A stretch of 64,000 bases of DNA, taken from NCBI GenBank assembly GCA_963793265.1, contig CAWBZI010000004.1:192001-256000 (forward strand), read 5' to 3'. The position numbers and the translations under genes were made by a program. The notes under the pieces were generated by a model, which saw only the letters and a program-made list of their open reading frames with translations, was not told the DNA's origin and did no database searches. The stretch's first letter is position 1, and each line of letters opens with the position of its first letter. The stretch comes from an uncultured cyanobacterium. Lineage in GTDB: Bacteria; Cyanobacteriota; Cyanobacteriia; Phormidesmidales; Phormidesmidaceae. Shown here in pieces: positions 30,661 to 40,568 of this stretch.

Positions 30661-30887
30661 AAGCTATCTGCCTCCCAAACTTCATCCAAAGGCGCGACAA
30701 TATCACCTGTAATGACAACTGACCCCTCCATCCATCCAATGATTGAATCTTTTGGATCTGACTCTATCGGAACCAGTCGAGCGACAGGTCTACCGTGTTT
30801 TGTAATTACCACTTCTTCTTTCGTCTGCTGAACTTGATCCATCAACTTCAAACACTGCGCTTTAAACTGACCCGCTGCAATCTCCAT
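30657..30887 (-). CDS. Phd/YefM-family antitoxin
   Basis: AGQFKAQCLKLMDQV..EVVITKHGRPVARLVP; 4-bp overlap with the toxin gene. Confidence 0.93.
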   Translation of the reverse strand: MEIAAGQFKAQCLKLMDQVQQTKEEVVITKHGRPVARLVPIESDPKDSIIGWMEGSVVITGDIVAPLDEVWEADSL

Positions 30888-31089
30888 AAGGCAATCTCTA
30901 CAAGACGATGCTTTGCTACGCTTCCGTTGAATTCTAGAGTACTTTTTTTGAAGTAGTCACATATCCGTGACTATTCTTTATGGTGCTACATTCAAGATTG
31001 GATAAGAATCTGCTAATTTTTACCGTTAACCGCTATAGTGTTGGCGAACAAATTTTGATACATCCCTCTGCTTGACCGAGGCGAAAACT

Positions 31090-31440
31090 ATGAAGCAAGT
31101 CAATTTCGTAGTGATTTTCGTAATCTGCTTAGCCCTGGTTCTCTTTGGTATTGAGAACACGACGCCTACTGTAATTCATGTCGTCAAAGGGCTGGATTTT
31201 GAAGCGCCTTTGAGCGTGGAGCTGATTGTAGCTGCGGGCATTGGGGCGACGCTGGCGTGGGTGTTTAGCGTGTGGGTGCAGTTGCAGAGTATGGCGCAAA
31301 AGAAGCCTGAAATTGAGCAGCGCGAGCTGAGGATTCAGCAGCTAGAGGAAGATGTGGAGCGCTATAAGGTGGAGCTAGAGCAGCTACCAATGCTGCCTCA
31401 GTCTAAGGTTTCAGAAGAAGACGAGGCTTACGTATCGTAA
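31090..31440 (+). CDS. LapA-family (DUF1049) membrane protein
   Basis: LVLFGIEN..APLSV two-TM pattern plus coiled-coil tail. Confidence 0.8.
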   Translation: MKQVNFVVIFVICLALVLFGIENTTPTVIHVVKGLDFEAPLSVELIVAAGIGATLAWVFSVWVQLQSMAQKKPEIEQRELRIQQLEEDVERYKVELEQLPMLPQSKVSEEDEAYVS

Positions 31441-31792
31441 GCGCTTTAAGCTTGTTTGAAAATCCTTTTGGCTCGCATCTTTGCCGGATGCGGGCGCTTT
31501 TAGTAGAATGTATGTACTAAGGTGCGCAGCCGCTTTCTTGATCTATTGCTGCTTGATCCTAATTCTTAAGACAATTTTTGAGATTGGGGGTTGTGGTTTA
31601 TACCAATCACGTATACGCTTAGCGCACCATTAGGTAACTGTTTACATCCGGCAACACTTGTCAGACACCAATATTTTTCGTGGTGAGTCTTATAATTTTG
31701 TGGGGATTAAAGATTGTTTTGGGAGAAGACTTTTCTCTTTTTAAAAAACATACTCTCTTGATTGAAACTCATTTTCAGCGAATAGCTTTTCT

Positions 31793-32656
31793 ATGTCTAG
31801 TTCATTAGCTCAAGGTGCGATCGCTTTTCTTATTGATCTGGCTGAAAAAGGTGAAATCGATCCTTGGGACGTGCAGGTGATTGATGTAATCGATCGCTTT
31901 TTGAAGACGCTGCAAGACCAGCCGATTGTAAAAAAGCCGGTGGGGCAAGGGCACTCGTCTTATGAGTCGAGTTTGTCGGAGTCGGGGCAGGCTTTTTTGT
32001 ATGCTTCTATGCTGGTGCTGCTCAAGGCCGATACGCTGGTACGTCATGAGCTAGAGCAGGTTGCAGAGCCTGAGGGCGATGATTTTTTTGATGATGATCT
32101 AGACTACAGCGCTGATGAGCTGCCCCGGAACTTGGAGCAGCATATTCATAGAAGGGCGGTTGCCCCGCCTCCGGCTAAGCGGCAGGTGACTTTGAGTGAG
32201 CTGATTGATCAGTTGGAGGCGATCGCTGCTGCCATGAGTGAGCCTTCAAGAGTGCGATCGCGTGCTGCTAAGCCTCACACTAAAAAAGAAGCCGTTCGTG
32301 CGATTTCCGAGCTAGCCCACCAAGAGAACCTGAACGAAATTGCAGATGCGCTCAACGCCTTTCTAGATAATCACTGGGATGATGTGTTTGAAGATGCCGT
32401 TAACTGGATGGATTTTGAGCTGTTACTTACTCACTGGGCGAGCTTTAGGCCGGATGTATTGGGCGGGCCGATTAAGGGCGAGCTGACTGAAGCCGACTAT
32501 AAGCACGAAAAGGTCGGCGTTTTTTGGGGTCTGTTGTTTCTCACCTCTCAATCTAAAGTAGAACTGCTGCAAGAGAACTTCTATCAGGATCTCAAAGTGC
32601 GGCAGCTCAATGAGATTACGCTAGCAGAAGTGCCTGCTTACGCCCTACCAGATTGA
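31793..32656 (+). CDS. scpA: Segregation and condensation protein A
   Basis: GEIDPWDVQVI, AFLYASMLVLLKA and FWGLLFL..KVELLQENFYQDL motifs. Confidence 0.93.
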   Translation: MSSSLAQGAIAFLIDLAEKGEIDPWDVQVIDVIDRFLKTLQDQPIVKKPVGQGHSSYESSLSESGQAFLYASMLVLLKADTLVRHELEQVAEPEGDDFFDDDLDYSADELPRNLEQHIHRRAVAPPPAKRQVTLSELIDQLEAIAAAMSEPSRVRSRAAKPHTKKEAVRAISELAHQENLNEIADALNAFLDNHWDDVFEDAVNWMDFELLLTHWASFRPDVLGGPIKGELTEADYKHEKVGVFWGLLFLTSQSKVELLQENFYQDLKVRQLNEITLAEVPAYALPD

Positions 32657-32673
32657 AGCGGAAATCATATTAT

Positions 32674-33510
32674 TTAGTCATCTTGAAACAGCGCACAGAA
32701 CTGTAGTTCTGTGCGCTCGTCGGCTGGAAACAAGCATTCCAAGCGTAGCTCTTGGAGCGTAATGTCTTGTGGGGTGCCAAAGGTTGTAAGGGTTGTAAAC
32801 AGACTGAGCTGTTGTTCGGGCTGCTTTGTTTTAGCAAAGTTGACGGTGAGTAGCGGGAGCTGCCAGCTATCGGCTGTAGGCGCTTGCCATAAATCGTGAA
32901 CGTTTGGATAAGACAGTAGCGTGTTAAAGAGCGTTTGGGACTGTTCGTCTTGGCCTTCGGCTAAAGTTTCTCGATGCACACGATGGATGAGGTTAGAGGC
33001 TACGGTTTCCCAGTTTTCGACGTGAGGCTTTATGCCTTCAGGATGAAGCATCAGCTTGATCAAATTAGTCCCGATGTCGTCGGGTATGGCCTGTTCGTCT
33101 AGCAGCCAGCCCATTAGCCTTTGCGCCCCCTGATTACTTTGAATTTGGTTCCAATAGCGATCCATAACGATAGCAGGATAGGGTTCTTGCTGACGTAGCG
33201 TGAAGTCTAGAGCGCGGCGAATAGGGGCGACCTCTGGAGCACTTAGATCAAACTCTGAATAAATAGGGGTAAATCCAGCGGCGGTGAGCATTTTGTTTTG
33301 CTGGCGTAGAGGAATGTCTAGTACGGCTGCGAGTTTGAGTACCATATTGTGACTGGGGCGCGATCGCCCAGATTCAATAAAGCTGATGTGCCGCTGAGAA
33401 ACGCCGCTTGCCATGGAAAGATCGAGCTGGCTGAAATTTCTTTGCGATCGCCACTGCTTGAGTAACTGGCCGAAAGCTCTATCTTTTCGGGTTTCCAAGG
33501 CCATTTTCAA
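32674..33510 (-). CDS. XRE-family regulator with MmyB-like ligand-binding domain
   Basis: HTH SQLDLSMASGVSQRHISFIESGRS, plus EPYPAIVMDRYWN and TTFGTPQDITLQELRLECLFPAD. Confidence 0.9.
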   Translation of the reverse strand: MKMALETRKDRAFGQLLKQWRSQRNFSQLDLSMASGVSQRHISFIESGRSRPSHNMVLKLAAVLDIPLRQQNKMLTAAGFTPIYSEFDLSAPEVAPIRRALDFTLRQQEPYPAIVMDRYWNQIQSNQGAQRLMGWLLDEQAIPDDIGTNLIKLMLHPEGIKPHVENWETVASNLIHRVHRETLAEGQDEQSQTLFNTLLSYPNVHDLWQAPTADSWQLPLLTVNFAKTKQPEQQLSLFTTLTTFGTPQDITLQELRLECLFPADERTELQFCALFQDD

Positions 33511-33651
33511 GAATTCCTCAAGATAAGGTTTGCTCGCTATTACTCTACAGGTAATTGAAATGATTATCTGCTAAGTGCACAATCGAGATGTTGAAGACAA
33601 AAGCAGCGCAGATTGTTTTTGTCAGATATTTTCATCAGCAGGAGATCCGAT

Positions 33652-34029
33652 ATGCAAAGTATTTCAGTACCAAAGAACCAGCAGTCGCAAGCTTTAAAGA
33701 CGATTTATTTTATCTGTATAATCGTCAGCGTAGTCGTGTCGTGGGGAATTCTCTCTCAGTTCTTATTTTCTGGCGATGCTTCCGTTTCTAGCTTCTTCCA
33801 ACAATCTTTTGCAAGTCCAGTTTCGACCCTTATTTCCAGCGACATTCTTATCACTGCGCCTATCTTTCTAATCTTTGCGCGGGTTGAACTTAGCCGATTA
33901 GGAATGCCTGCTAACCGGCTTCTGCTCTACACAATTGCAACTTTCTCTGTAGGCATTTGCTGCTCCCTATCGCTATTTCTCTATCAGCGTGAAGTTTGGC
34001 AACAGAGCGTAAAGGAGACTCGTCGATAA
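33652..34029 (+). CDS. DUF2834-like membrane protein
   Basis: Hydrophobic protein with VGICCSLSLFLYQRE C-terminal pattern; GGAG RBS. Confidence 0.7.
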   Translation: MQSISVPKNQQSQALKTIYFICIIVSVVVSWGILSQFLFSGDASVSSFFQQSFASPVSTLISSDILITAPIFLIFARVELSRLGMPANRLLLYTIATFSVGICCSLSLFLYQREVWQQSVKETRR

Positions 34030-34433
34030 TGCAAAACTTGCTTTTCTATTTTGGTTTTTCAACGCTGCTTGCGCACGAGCTAGACGCGATGACTCAATCG
34101 GAGTGGAGGCTGCTGTTTGTTTTGCGAAACCTTCTTGAACCGCTTGCCTCCAATATCTTTGTTCTGGCCCACGTACCAGTAGTAGCACTGCTTTTATGGC
34201 TCACTAGCCATCAGTCTCTATCAACTCGGTACTGGTCACGGCTGGCGATCGCACTATTTGCAGTCATTCACGTTGCCCTGCACAAGCATCTAGAACATCA
34301 CCCGGCCTATACCTTTACATCGCCACTTTCTTTGGCTTTGATTTATGGGGCCGGGGTGTTCGGGTTTGTTTACGCTGTCTTCGCGATTAAATCTCCAACC
34401 TTTTCTGCGTCAAAGACTCCTACAAAGAACTAA
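34029..34433 (+). CDS. Four-TM hypothetical membrane protein (DUF6713-like)
   Basis: LLAHELDAM..EWRLL..HVP..HVALH; TAATG overlap with the upstream gene. Confidence 0.7.
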   Translation: MQNLLFYFGFSTLLAHELDAMTQSEWRLLFVLRNLLEPLASNIFVLAHVPVVALLLWLTSHQSLSTRYWSRLAIALFAVIHVALHKHLEHHPAYTFTSPLSLALIYGAGVFGFVYAVFAIKSPTFSASKTPTKN

Positions 34434-35157
34434 CTGTAGCGTCGGCTTGAATGATCATTTTGCCAGGCTGTATGTCTAGCTGGTTGAACTTGAGCGCCAT
34501 ATCACCAATTTCAAAGTTGCGCAGATCGAGGAGTTCTTTAGTGCTGTCAATGAGCGATCGCGTCAGCTCTGGCATATCGTTAGTCGCTTCGTCATACTGA
34601 ATATCTTCTAGTGTCAATACGTTGCCATCTTCTATAAGCTTTGGCTTCGCAGAAAACGCGACGTGATGCGTTTCTACTTTTTCTATGAGCATTACATCAG
34701 CTTCTACCGTAATCTTTCCAGCTTCAGGAATGCTGAACTTTACGTTGCTAGCATCAGTCGTCAGCTTCTCACCAGAAGACAGTTCTATCTTTTGGCCTCG
34801 TAGCTTCTTTTTCACATAGCCAGAGTTAAAGGCATTCTGAATATCTTCAGCTTTGAGCACGACTCGAGCCTCAGCATCAGCCGGACGATCCAGCTCAATT
34901 TCACCAAAAACCGCTTTGGTCATACTGATGTCTACTGAGTTAGCTTCTAGCGAAATTTCCTCCGTCCGCAGGTCGTTTTTAACCACCAAACCTTTGCCTT
35001 CGACGGTCACTTTATCTACCTGACCTTGAGCCAGCTTCATCGGATCGGTATGAATTTCAACGCTGAGATCTTCGGCCTCATCCATTTGAGATTTGATGGC
35101 CGCCTCAGCCGCTTTGCTGATGGCCTGTTCGCCAATGCCTAAATCTTGTGAACTCAT
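34420..35157 (-). CDS. DUF2993 (LmeA-like) protein
   Basis: GEQAISKAAE..LSVEIHTDPMKLAQGQVD pattern. Confidence 0.8.
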   Translation of the reverse strand: MSSQDLGIGEQAISKAAEAAIKSQMDEAEDLSVEIHTDPMKLAQGQVDKVTVEGKGLVVKNDLRTEEISLEANSVDISMTKAVFGEIELDRPADAEARVVLKAEDIQNAFNSGYVKKKLRGQKIELSSGEKLTTDASNVKFSIPEAGKITVEADVMLIEKVETHHVAFSAKPKLIEDGNVLTLEDIQYDEATNDMPELTRSLIDSTKELLDLRNFEIGDMALKFNQLDIQPGKMIIQADATVSSL

Positions 35158-35257
35158 ATCTTTACCTTTACAGTTAGCCCTCAGCATAAAAAGATGCTGT
35201 TGCTGCTCCTTCTACCGTAGGAGCTAACTGCGAGGATATGCACTCGTCCGCTGGGTT

Positions 35258-37057
35258 CTATTTTGCTTTGTAGAAGATGGTGGACTCGCTAATCGGCTCT
35301 AGTGAGGTTCCAGGGTAGTAAAACTCAAGAATTTGTTCGCTGGAGTAGCCTTTTTCGCCCAGATTGTAAGCGCCGGTTTGGCTCATACCGACGCCATGGC
35401 CAAAGCCGCCACCAATGAATTTGTATCCAGTAAGGACAGGTTGAGCTGTGTTTTGCTTGTTTTTATCGTCTTCAGGTTTAGCTACATTCTCTGCATTAGC
35501 AGCACCCGTATTAGCAGGTTTGGTGGCTTGCGGAGCCTCCGTAATCGGCTCTAGGTAAAATAGTAGGCTGCGAGGCGGGACGAGTGCCTTTACCGCTTCG
35601 TCTTTGACCAGTTCAAACGAGCCTAAATCGGTGTCTACCTGCATTTTTTGAACTCGACCGGAGTCAGCGCGTTCAATAACGCTAAGGCCAGTAATTTTCT
35701 CGAAGTTGGCAAGCGGGTGCTGCCGATTGGCAAGGTACTCTTTCATGACGTTGCCAATATCTTTAAGCGAGGCTTTGCGATTCCAGCGGAAGGCGGGCCA
35801 GCCGTCTTCGTTGAAGCCGTCTTTGAGGGCAATGAAGTCGCGGAAGTTGGCTTCGTCAGAAAGTGGGCGCGCAGCTAAGTCCCACTTAGGCTGAAGGGAG
35901 TCGATAACGGGGCGGAGGTAGGGACGATCTTGGCCGTTCCAAACGTCGGTGAAGTTGGCGGTGATGCCGCCGGTTGTAGAAGAGTAAAGGGCGTCTACGA
36001 GTTCGTTTTCGTAGGTAAGAACTTGGCCGGAGGTGGCAGCGATCGCACTATCTGAAACTGGATCCGTCTCGGCTAAGCCAAAATACACCTGGCACTGCGT
36101 ATCGGCGCAAATTTCATAGTCATCAATGGCAAATCTTCTGAGGTTGCGCAGGGCATAGGTGCGTGCCAAAATTGCCTGCGCCTGAATCGCGTTGCGAGGG
36201 GCTCCGGCTCCGATTTCATGCGGGACAACGCCGCGTAGATAGATATCGACAGGAACCTGATTGACCAGCGTGTAGTTGCCGTAAGAATTGGGCTGAATTT
36301 TTAGATCGCCTGCAAATAGGTCGCGATACTGGGTGCTGTTGCCCTGCGCCATTTGAAAGCGGCGGTTGGCGGTAGTGAGGGTGAACTCGTCGCGGGCGTA
36401 CTTGAAGCCGTTGGCGGTGAAGGCAGCTTTGGGCACTTCTTTGACGACGCGGCTATCGATGAAGGCGCGGGTGTAGCCTGCGGCATGTAGGTTTTGCAGC
36501 AGCAGCCTGCGGGCAACCGGGGCGCTGTAGTCTTCGCGTTTGGCCCATACCTGCCAGGCGTCAGGCTGAGCAATTTCGGCGTCTATTCCAGCGGCCTGCC
36601 AGCGGGTCGCGCTATCTTCGGCGCTCTCAAAGCTGCGGTGGGTGCTGAGTACCACCCATTCTTGTAGCTCAGGCTCACTCAAAGGCTGCATGGTGATGTC
36701 TATTTGCAGCCGGTCTGTTGTGAGGGTTTGCTCTGTGCCGCCAGTTTTATAAGAGACGGTGATCTCATCGCCCGCGAGAGGAGCAAGGGTAATTTTATCT
36801 TCCTTTTTCTCACCGAAGCGCTGAACGATGCCGACTTTGATCTCGGGATTGGTGGAGGCTGATTGTGCTTGTGCTATGCGCGGTGTAAGGGTGCCTTCAA
36901 CGGCGGCAATGCCTGTCGCAAGTGAGAGAGGTGCGATCGCGCTGCCGACGATACCTAAGCCCAACAGCCAAGCTGTACTCCCTACGCCCAAAGCAGTGCT
37001 CGCAGCGAGGCGTGACACCTTAGCGGCTGTGGCTGTAAAAGAATCGATAGAAGGCAT
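35258..37057 (-). CDS. SpoIID/LytB domain protein (amidase enhancer / lytic transglycosylase)
   Basis: YLRGVVPHE, AQAILARTYA, CQVYFG, YSSTTGG and GFGHGVGMSQ motifs. Confidence 0.93.
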   Translation of the reverse strand: MPSIDSFTATAAKVSRLAASTALGVGSTAWLLGLGIVGSAIAPLSLATGIAAVEGTLTPRIAQAQSASTNPEIKVGIVQRFGEKKEDKITLAPLAGDEITVSYKTGGTEQTLTTDRLQIDITMQPLSEPELQEWVVLSTHRSFESAEDSATRWQAAGIDAEIAQPDAWQVWAKREDYSAPVARRLLLQNLHAAGYTRAFIDSRVVKEVPKAAFTANGFKYARDEFTLTTANRRFQMAQGNSTQYRDLFAGDLKIQPNSYGNYTLVNQVPVDIYLRGVVPHEIGAGAPRNAIQAQAILARTYALRNLRRFAIDDYEICADTQCQVYFGLAETDPVSDSAIAATSGQVLTYENELVDALYSSTTGGITANFTDVWNGQDRPYLRPVIDSLQPKWDLAARPLSDEANFRDFIALKDGFNEDGWPAFRWNRKASLKDIGNVMKEYLANRQHPLANFEKITGLSVIERADSGRVQKMQVDTDLGSFELVKDEAVKALVPPRSLLFYLEPITEAPQATKPANTGAANAENVAKPEDDKNKQNTAQPVLTGYKFIGGGFGHGVGMSQTGAYNLGEKGYSSEQILEFYYPGTSLEPISESTIFYKAK

Positions 37058-37327
37058 AGTGCAAAATAGTAGTAGTGCAAAGCGGCAATAGTTGGCAAGC
37101 AAAAATACGAAAACAGAGCTTAGAAGCGTAGCCTAAAGGCGTAACAATTATCCTTGTTTATTCAACCCAAATATCTTTGAACCTGGCGGGTTTAAGCTCA
37201 ACTTTTTTTGAACTTTCCTAAAGGCTAATGAATCACCATTTTTTCTAATCCTAACGGTTTCTTTATTGGAATATATAAAGGCCGATAAAATTTGTATCTA
37301 TAGGGTGTTTGTGAGGATGAACTTAAG

Positions 37328-38002
37328 TTGAAGGAAACGGCGCTTCAAGACGATAAATACCGGGCCAATGATCATTATGAGATGACTTTGCGATCGCTCA
37401 TGCAGTCGGCAGATATTACGAGCTACCGAGCGCTTGCGACAGCGGCGGGGGTTTCTCGCTGGCAGGTGCAGCAGCTACGGCTTGGTAAGGTAAAGCAGAT
37501 GCGGGTGGGTGCACTAGCTCAACTCGCTGAGGCGCTAAAGGTTCCTTTAAGCAAGCTGCTGAGTGAGTTTGGCTTGGATACTGTAGCACCAGAAAAGTTA
37601 TCGGATGGTGAGGTGGTAGCTCTGCGGCAGGAGTATCAGCGATTGCAGGGGCAGATGGCGCAGCAGCAGCAGCAGGCGCGATCACAGTTTCAAACTGAGG
37701 CGCTGCAAACGATTGAAACCTGGCTGAGGCTGTGGCCGACGATTGCCAAACGGGCTGAGGATAAGGGCTCGGAGCTGCCTGCGGCGAAGGTTTTAGCGTT
37801 TGTGCGACCTGTAGAGGAGATGGTAGCCGATTGGGGGGTGGTAGCGATCGCACCTGTGGATGCGCAGATTCCTTACGATCCCCAACTACATCAGCTCAAA
37901 AAGGGCACTGCTGAGCCAGGCGAAGTTGTCCGGGTGACCCACTGCGGCAGATTGCACCATGGAAAGCTGCTACAGCGCGCCGAAGTTCAGCCGATTGATT
38001 AA
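37328..38002 (+). CDS. XRE-like HTH, coiled coil and GrpE-like C-terminal domain protein
   Basis: SYRALATAAGVSRWQV HTH; C-terminus PYDPQLHQ..GEVVRVTHCG..GKLLQRAEV resembles the GrpE beta-domain. Start uncertain. Confidence 0.8.
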   Translation: MKETALQDDKYRANDHYEMTLRSLMQSADITSYRALATAAGVSRWQVQQLRLGKVKQMRVGALAQLAEALKVPLSKLLSEFGLDTVAPEKLSDGEVVALRQEYQRLQGQMAQQQQQARSQFQTEALQTIETWLRLWPTIAKRAEDKGSELPAAKVLAFVRPVEEMVADWGVVAIAPVDAQIPYDPQLHQLKKGTAEPGEVVRVTHCGRLHHGKLLQRAEVQPID

Positions 38003-38013
38003 AGACTTAAAGA

Positions 38014-38844
38014 TTACGCCCTGACAAGTGTGAGAACCGTTAGCTCGGGCGGGCAGCAGAACCGGCCTGGAAAGTAGGTGCCGAGGCCGCGATTGACGTA
38101 TAGCCAGTTGTTGTTGACGCGGTGCAGGCCCTGGCTCCATTCCCAGTGATGCACGACTTGGAAACAGCGATCGCTTAAGAAGGGAATAGCGTTGCGAATT
38201 TTCCTGGGTACGCGCTGACGCATACGCTTCCATACCAGCGGGCCGGGGCCTAAAAAAGGAAGATTGATTTGGCCGCCATGCGTGTGACCTGAAAGCTGTA
38301 GATCGGCTCGCCACTTTGACAGGGGCTCGGCAGTGTCGGGGTTGTGAGAGAGCACCAGGCGAGGCACCGCTGAATCGAGCTGATCTAAAACCCTGGGATT
38401 AAATTCTCCAGACCAGTAGTCAGCAAAGCCTACGACCGGAAAGTCTTCACCCATTGGCGTGGCTATTTGATTCCACAGAACGGGAATATCGGCGCTTTCT
38501 AACGCTTGGGTAACGACGCCGCGAGCCCCTGCCGCTTCGATATCATGGTTGCCGAGCACTGCGATCATGCCGTAGCGGCTGGGCAGGTGCTTGAGGTGGC
38601 CAACGAGATCGTGAATAGGGCTTGGGTCATCCGTTACAAAGTCGCCAGTGAACGCGATTAAATCGGGTTTGAGGGTGTGAATGCGATCGACGGTTTTAGC
38701 AAGCAGCCTTTCAGAGAGGCGGAGGCCGTCAAAGTGAAAGTCTGATAGTTGAGCGATGACAGTTCCGACGAGGCGCTCTGGTAGGTCTTGAATGGGGATG
38801 GTACGTTTTTCTACCGATAGCGCGCCGGATAAAAGCCGATACAT
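38014..38844 (-). CDS. Calcineurin-like metallophosphoesterase
   Basis: SDFH, TGDFV, LGNHD, SHNPD and SGHTHGGQ motifs. Confidence 0.95.
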   Translation of the reverse strand: MYRLLSGALSVEKRTIPIQDLPERLVGTVIAQLSDFHFDGLRLSERLLAKTVDRIHTLKPDLIAFTGDFVTDDPSPIHDLVGHLKHLPSRYGMIAVLGNHDIEAAGARGVVTQALESADIPVLWNQIATPMGEDFPVVGFADYWSGEFNPRVLDQLDSAVPRLVLSHNPDTAEPLSKWRADLQLSGHTHGGQINLPFLGPGPLVWKRMRQRVPRKIRNAIPFLSDRCFQVVHHWEWSQGLHRVNNNWLYVNRGLGTYFPGRFCCPPELTVLTLVRA

Positions 38845-38955
38845 ATTAATGTCTCAGAGTGCTTGAAAGGAGCCAGTTCTTACCGAAGTTGGCGTTAGGC
38901 TATCATTTTAGCTGAGTCGGCTAAGGTCATGCCGGATACAAGGTGTGGCGATTTC

Positions 38956-38979
38956 GTGAGGCGATTTAAATCGCCTCAC
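38956..38979. repeat. Perfect 24-bp palindrome at the argB 3' end
   Basis: GTGAGGCGATTTAAATCGCCTCAC is its own reverse complement. Confidence 0.9.
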
Positions 38980-39899
38980 TATTCGCTGAAGCTAGAGGCG
39001 ACGAGCATTGTACCAATCCCAGCATCTGAGAATATTTCGAGGAGCAGGGCGTGGGGCATTCGGCCATCTAAGATGGTAGCCGCGCGGACGCCTTGAGCAA
39101 GCGATCGCACGCAGCAGGTCACTTTAGGAATCATTCCGCCTGCGACGGTACCGTCTTCGATAAGCGCTCTGGCCTGATGAATGTCGAGCCTGGCTATGAG
39201 CGTGCTGGGGTCTTTGAAATCTTTCATAATGCCGGGCGTGTCAGTGAGTAGAACCAGCTTCTCGGCACTAAGAGCCGCCGCTAACTCACCTGCTACGGTG
39301 TCGGCATTGATGTTATACGCCTGGCCGGTGGCGTCGCCTGCCACGCTGGAGATCACAGGAATATAGCCTGCTTCTACAAGAGAACCGACGAGATCGGGAT
39401 CAATGCGGCCCACGTCACCAACAAAGCCAACACCGTCTTCGGTGGGCCTGGGCTTGGCGGTAATAAGATTGCCGTCTTTGCCACACAACCCCACGGCCTT
39501 ACCGCCCGCTTGATTAATTAGTGACACTAGCTCTTTATTCACGCGGCCTACCAGCACCATCTCGACGACATCCATGGTGCCTGCATCGGTAACGCGCAAA
39601 CCGTCTTTAAACTGGGGCTCAATATTGAGCTTAGTGAGCCAGCTATTAATTTCAGGGCCACCTCCATGTACGACAATCGGGCGAATGCCAACACTGGCCA
39701 TAAATACGATGTCGCGAATGACTTTGGCCTTGAGGCTGCTATCTTTCATCGCTGCGCCGCCATATTTGACGACAACAGTGCGGCCCTGAAACTTCTGAAT
39801 GTAAGGCAGCGCTTCGCTGAGGATGCGGACGCGATCGGCTTCGGCTTTTTGAAAATATTCGCTTTGGTATTCGCTGGCGGTATCAGGCGATGCAGTCAT
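38979..39899 (-). CDS. argB: Acetylglutamate kinase
   Basis: VVKYGG, VHGGGP, GLRVTD, NINAD and GGMIPKV motifs. Confidence 0.98.
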   Translation of the reverse strand: MTASPDTASEYQSEYFQKAEADRVRILSEALPYIQKFQGRTVVVKYGGAAMKDSSLKAKVIRDIVFMASVGIRPIVVHGGGPEINSWLTKLNIEPQFKDGLRVTDAGTMDVVEMVLVGRVNKELVSLINQAGGKAVGLCGKDGNLITAKPRPTEDGVGFVGDVGRIDPDLVGSLVEAGYIPVISSVAGDATGQAYNINADTVAGELAAALSAEKLVLLTDTPGIMKDFKDPSTLIARLDIHQARALIEDGTVAGGMIPKVTCCVRSLAQGVRAATILDGRMPHALLLEIFSDAGIGTMLVASSFSE

Positions 39900-39901
39900 A
39901 G

Positions 39902-40513
39902 TTAGGTAGAGGTATCTGGTGCGGTGGGGGTGTTGATAGAAGGTTGATTAATGACCACCTCGCCTGCGACGAGTTTTGGGTCAGGGCGTAGATTGGCCTG
40001 CAGGGCTTCGACGATGCGATCGCAGGTTTTCCCAACCGATCGCCCTTCGTAGCCAATGCGAATATCGGCTTGGGCGTAGCGATCGCCTCTTTGCGCAATT
40101 AAGGCGTCGAGCTTTTCACTCAGCGCAACATCCTTTAATAGCGGGCGATCGGTGTCACCTGAGAGCCGGGATATGAGAACCGGAATGGGCACGTCTAGCC
40201 AGATCACAACGCCGTGCTGTAAATAGCTCCAGTTCATTTGCTGGGTGACAATGCCACCGCCTGTTGCAACAACTAAGCTGGTGTGCGCGGCGACCTGAGA
40301 GAGCACTTTGGTTTCTAGCTCACGAAAAGCGGCTTCGCCTTGCCCCGCAAAGATTTCAGTAATCGGCTGACCAGCGGCGGCTTCAATGAGCGCGTCTGTG
40401 TCCAAAAAGCGGTAGCCAACGCGATTGGCAAGCTTGCGGCCAATGGTGGTTTTACCCGCGCCCATCATGCCAATGAGGTACAGATTGGTTTTTTTGAGAA
40501 AGTCGGCAGTCAT
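39902..40513 (-). CDS. aroK: Shikimate kinase
   Basis: GMMGAGKT P-loop, [14 protein letters not shown] and DRPLL. Confidence 0.96.
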   Translation of the reverse strand: MTADFLKKTNLYLIGMMGAGKTTIGRKLANRVGYRFLDTDALIEAAAGQPITEIFAGQGEAAFRELETKVLSQVAAHTSLVVATGGGIVTQQMNWSYLQHGVVIWLDVPIPVLISRLSGDTDRPLLKDVALSEKLDALIAQRGDRYAQADIRIGYEGRSVGKTCDRIVEALQANLRPDPKLVAGEVVINQPSINTPTAPDTST

Positions 40514-40568
40514 GGGGATAAAGCGGCGGGCTCATCCGCACGTTTTTACTTACAGCTTTACTGAAATA

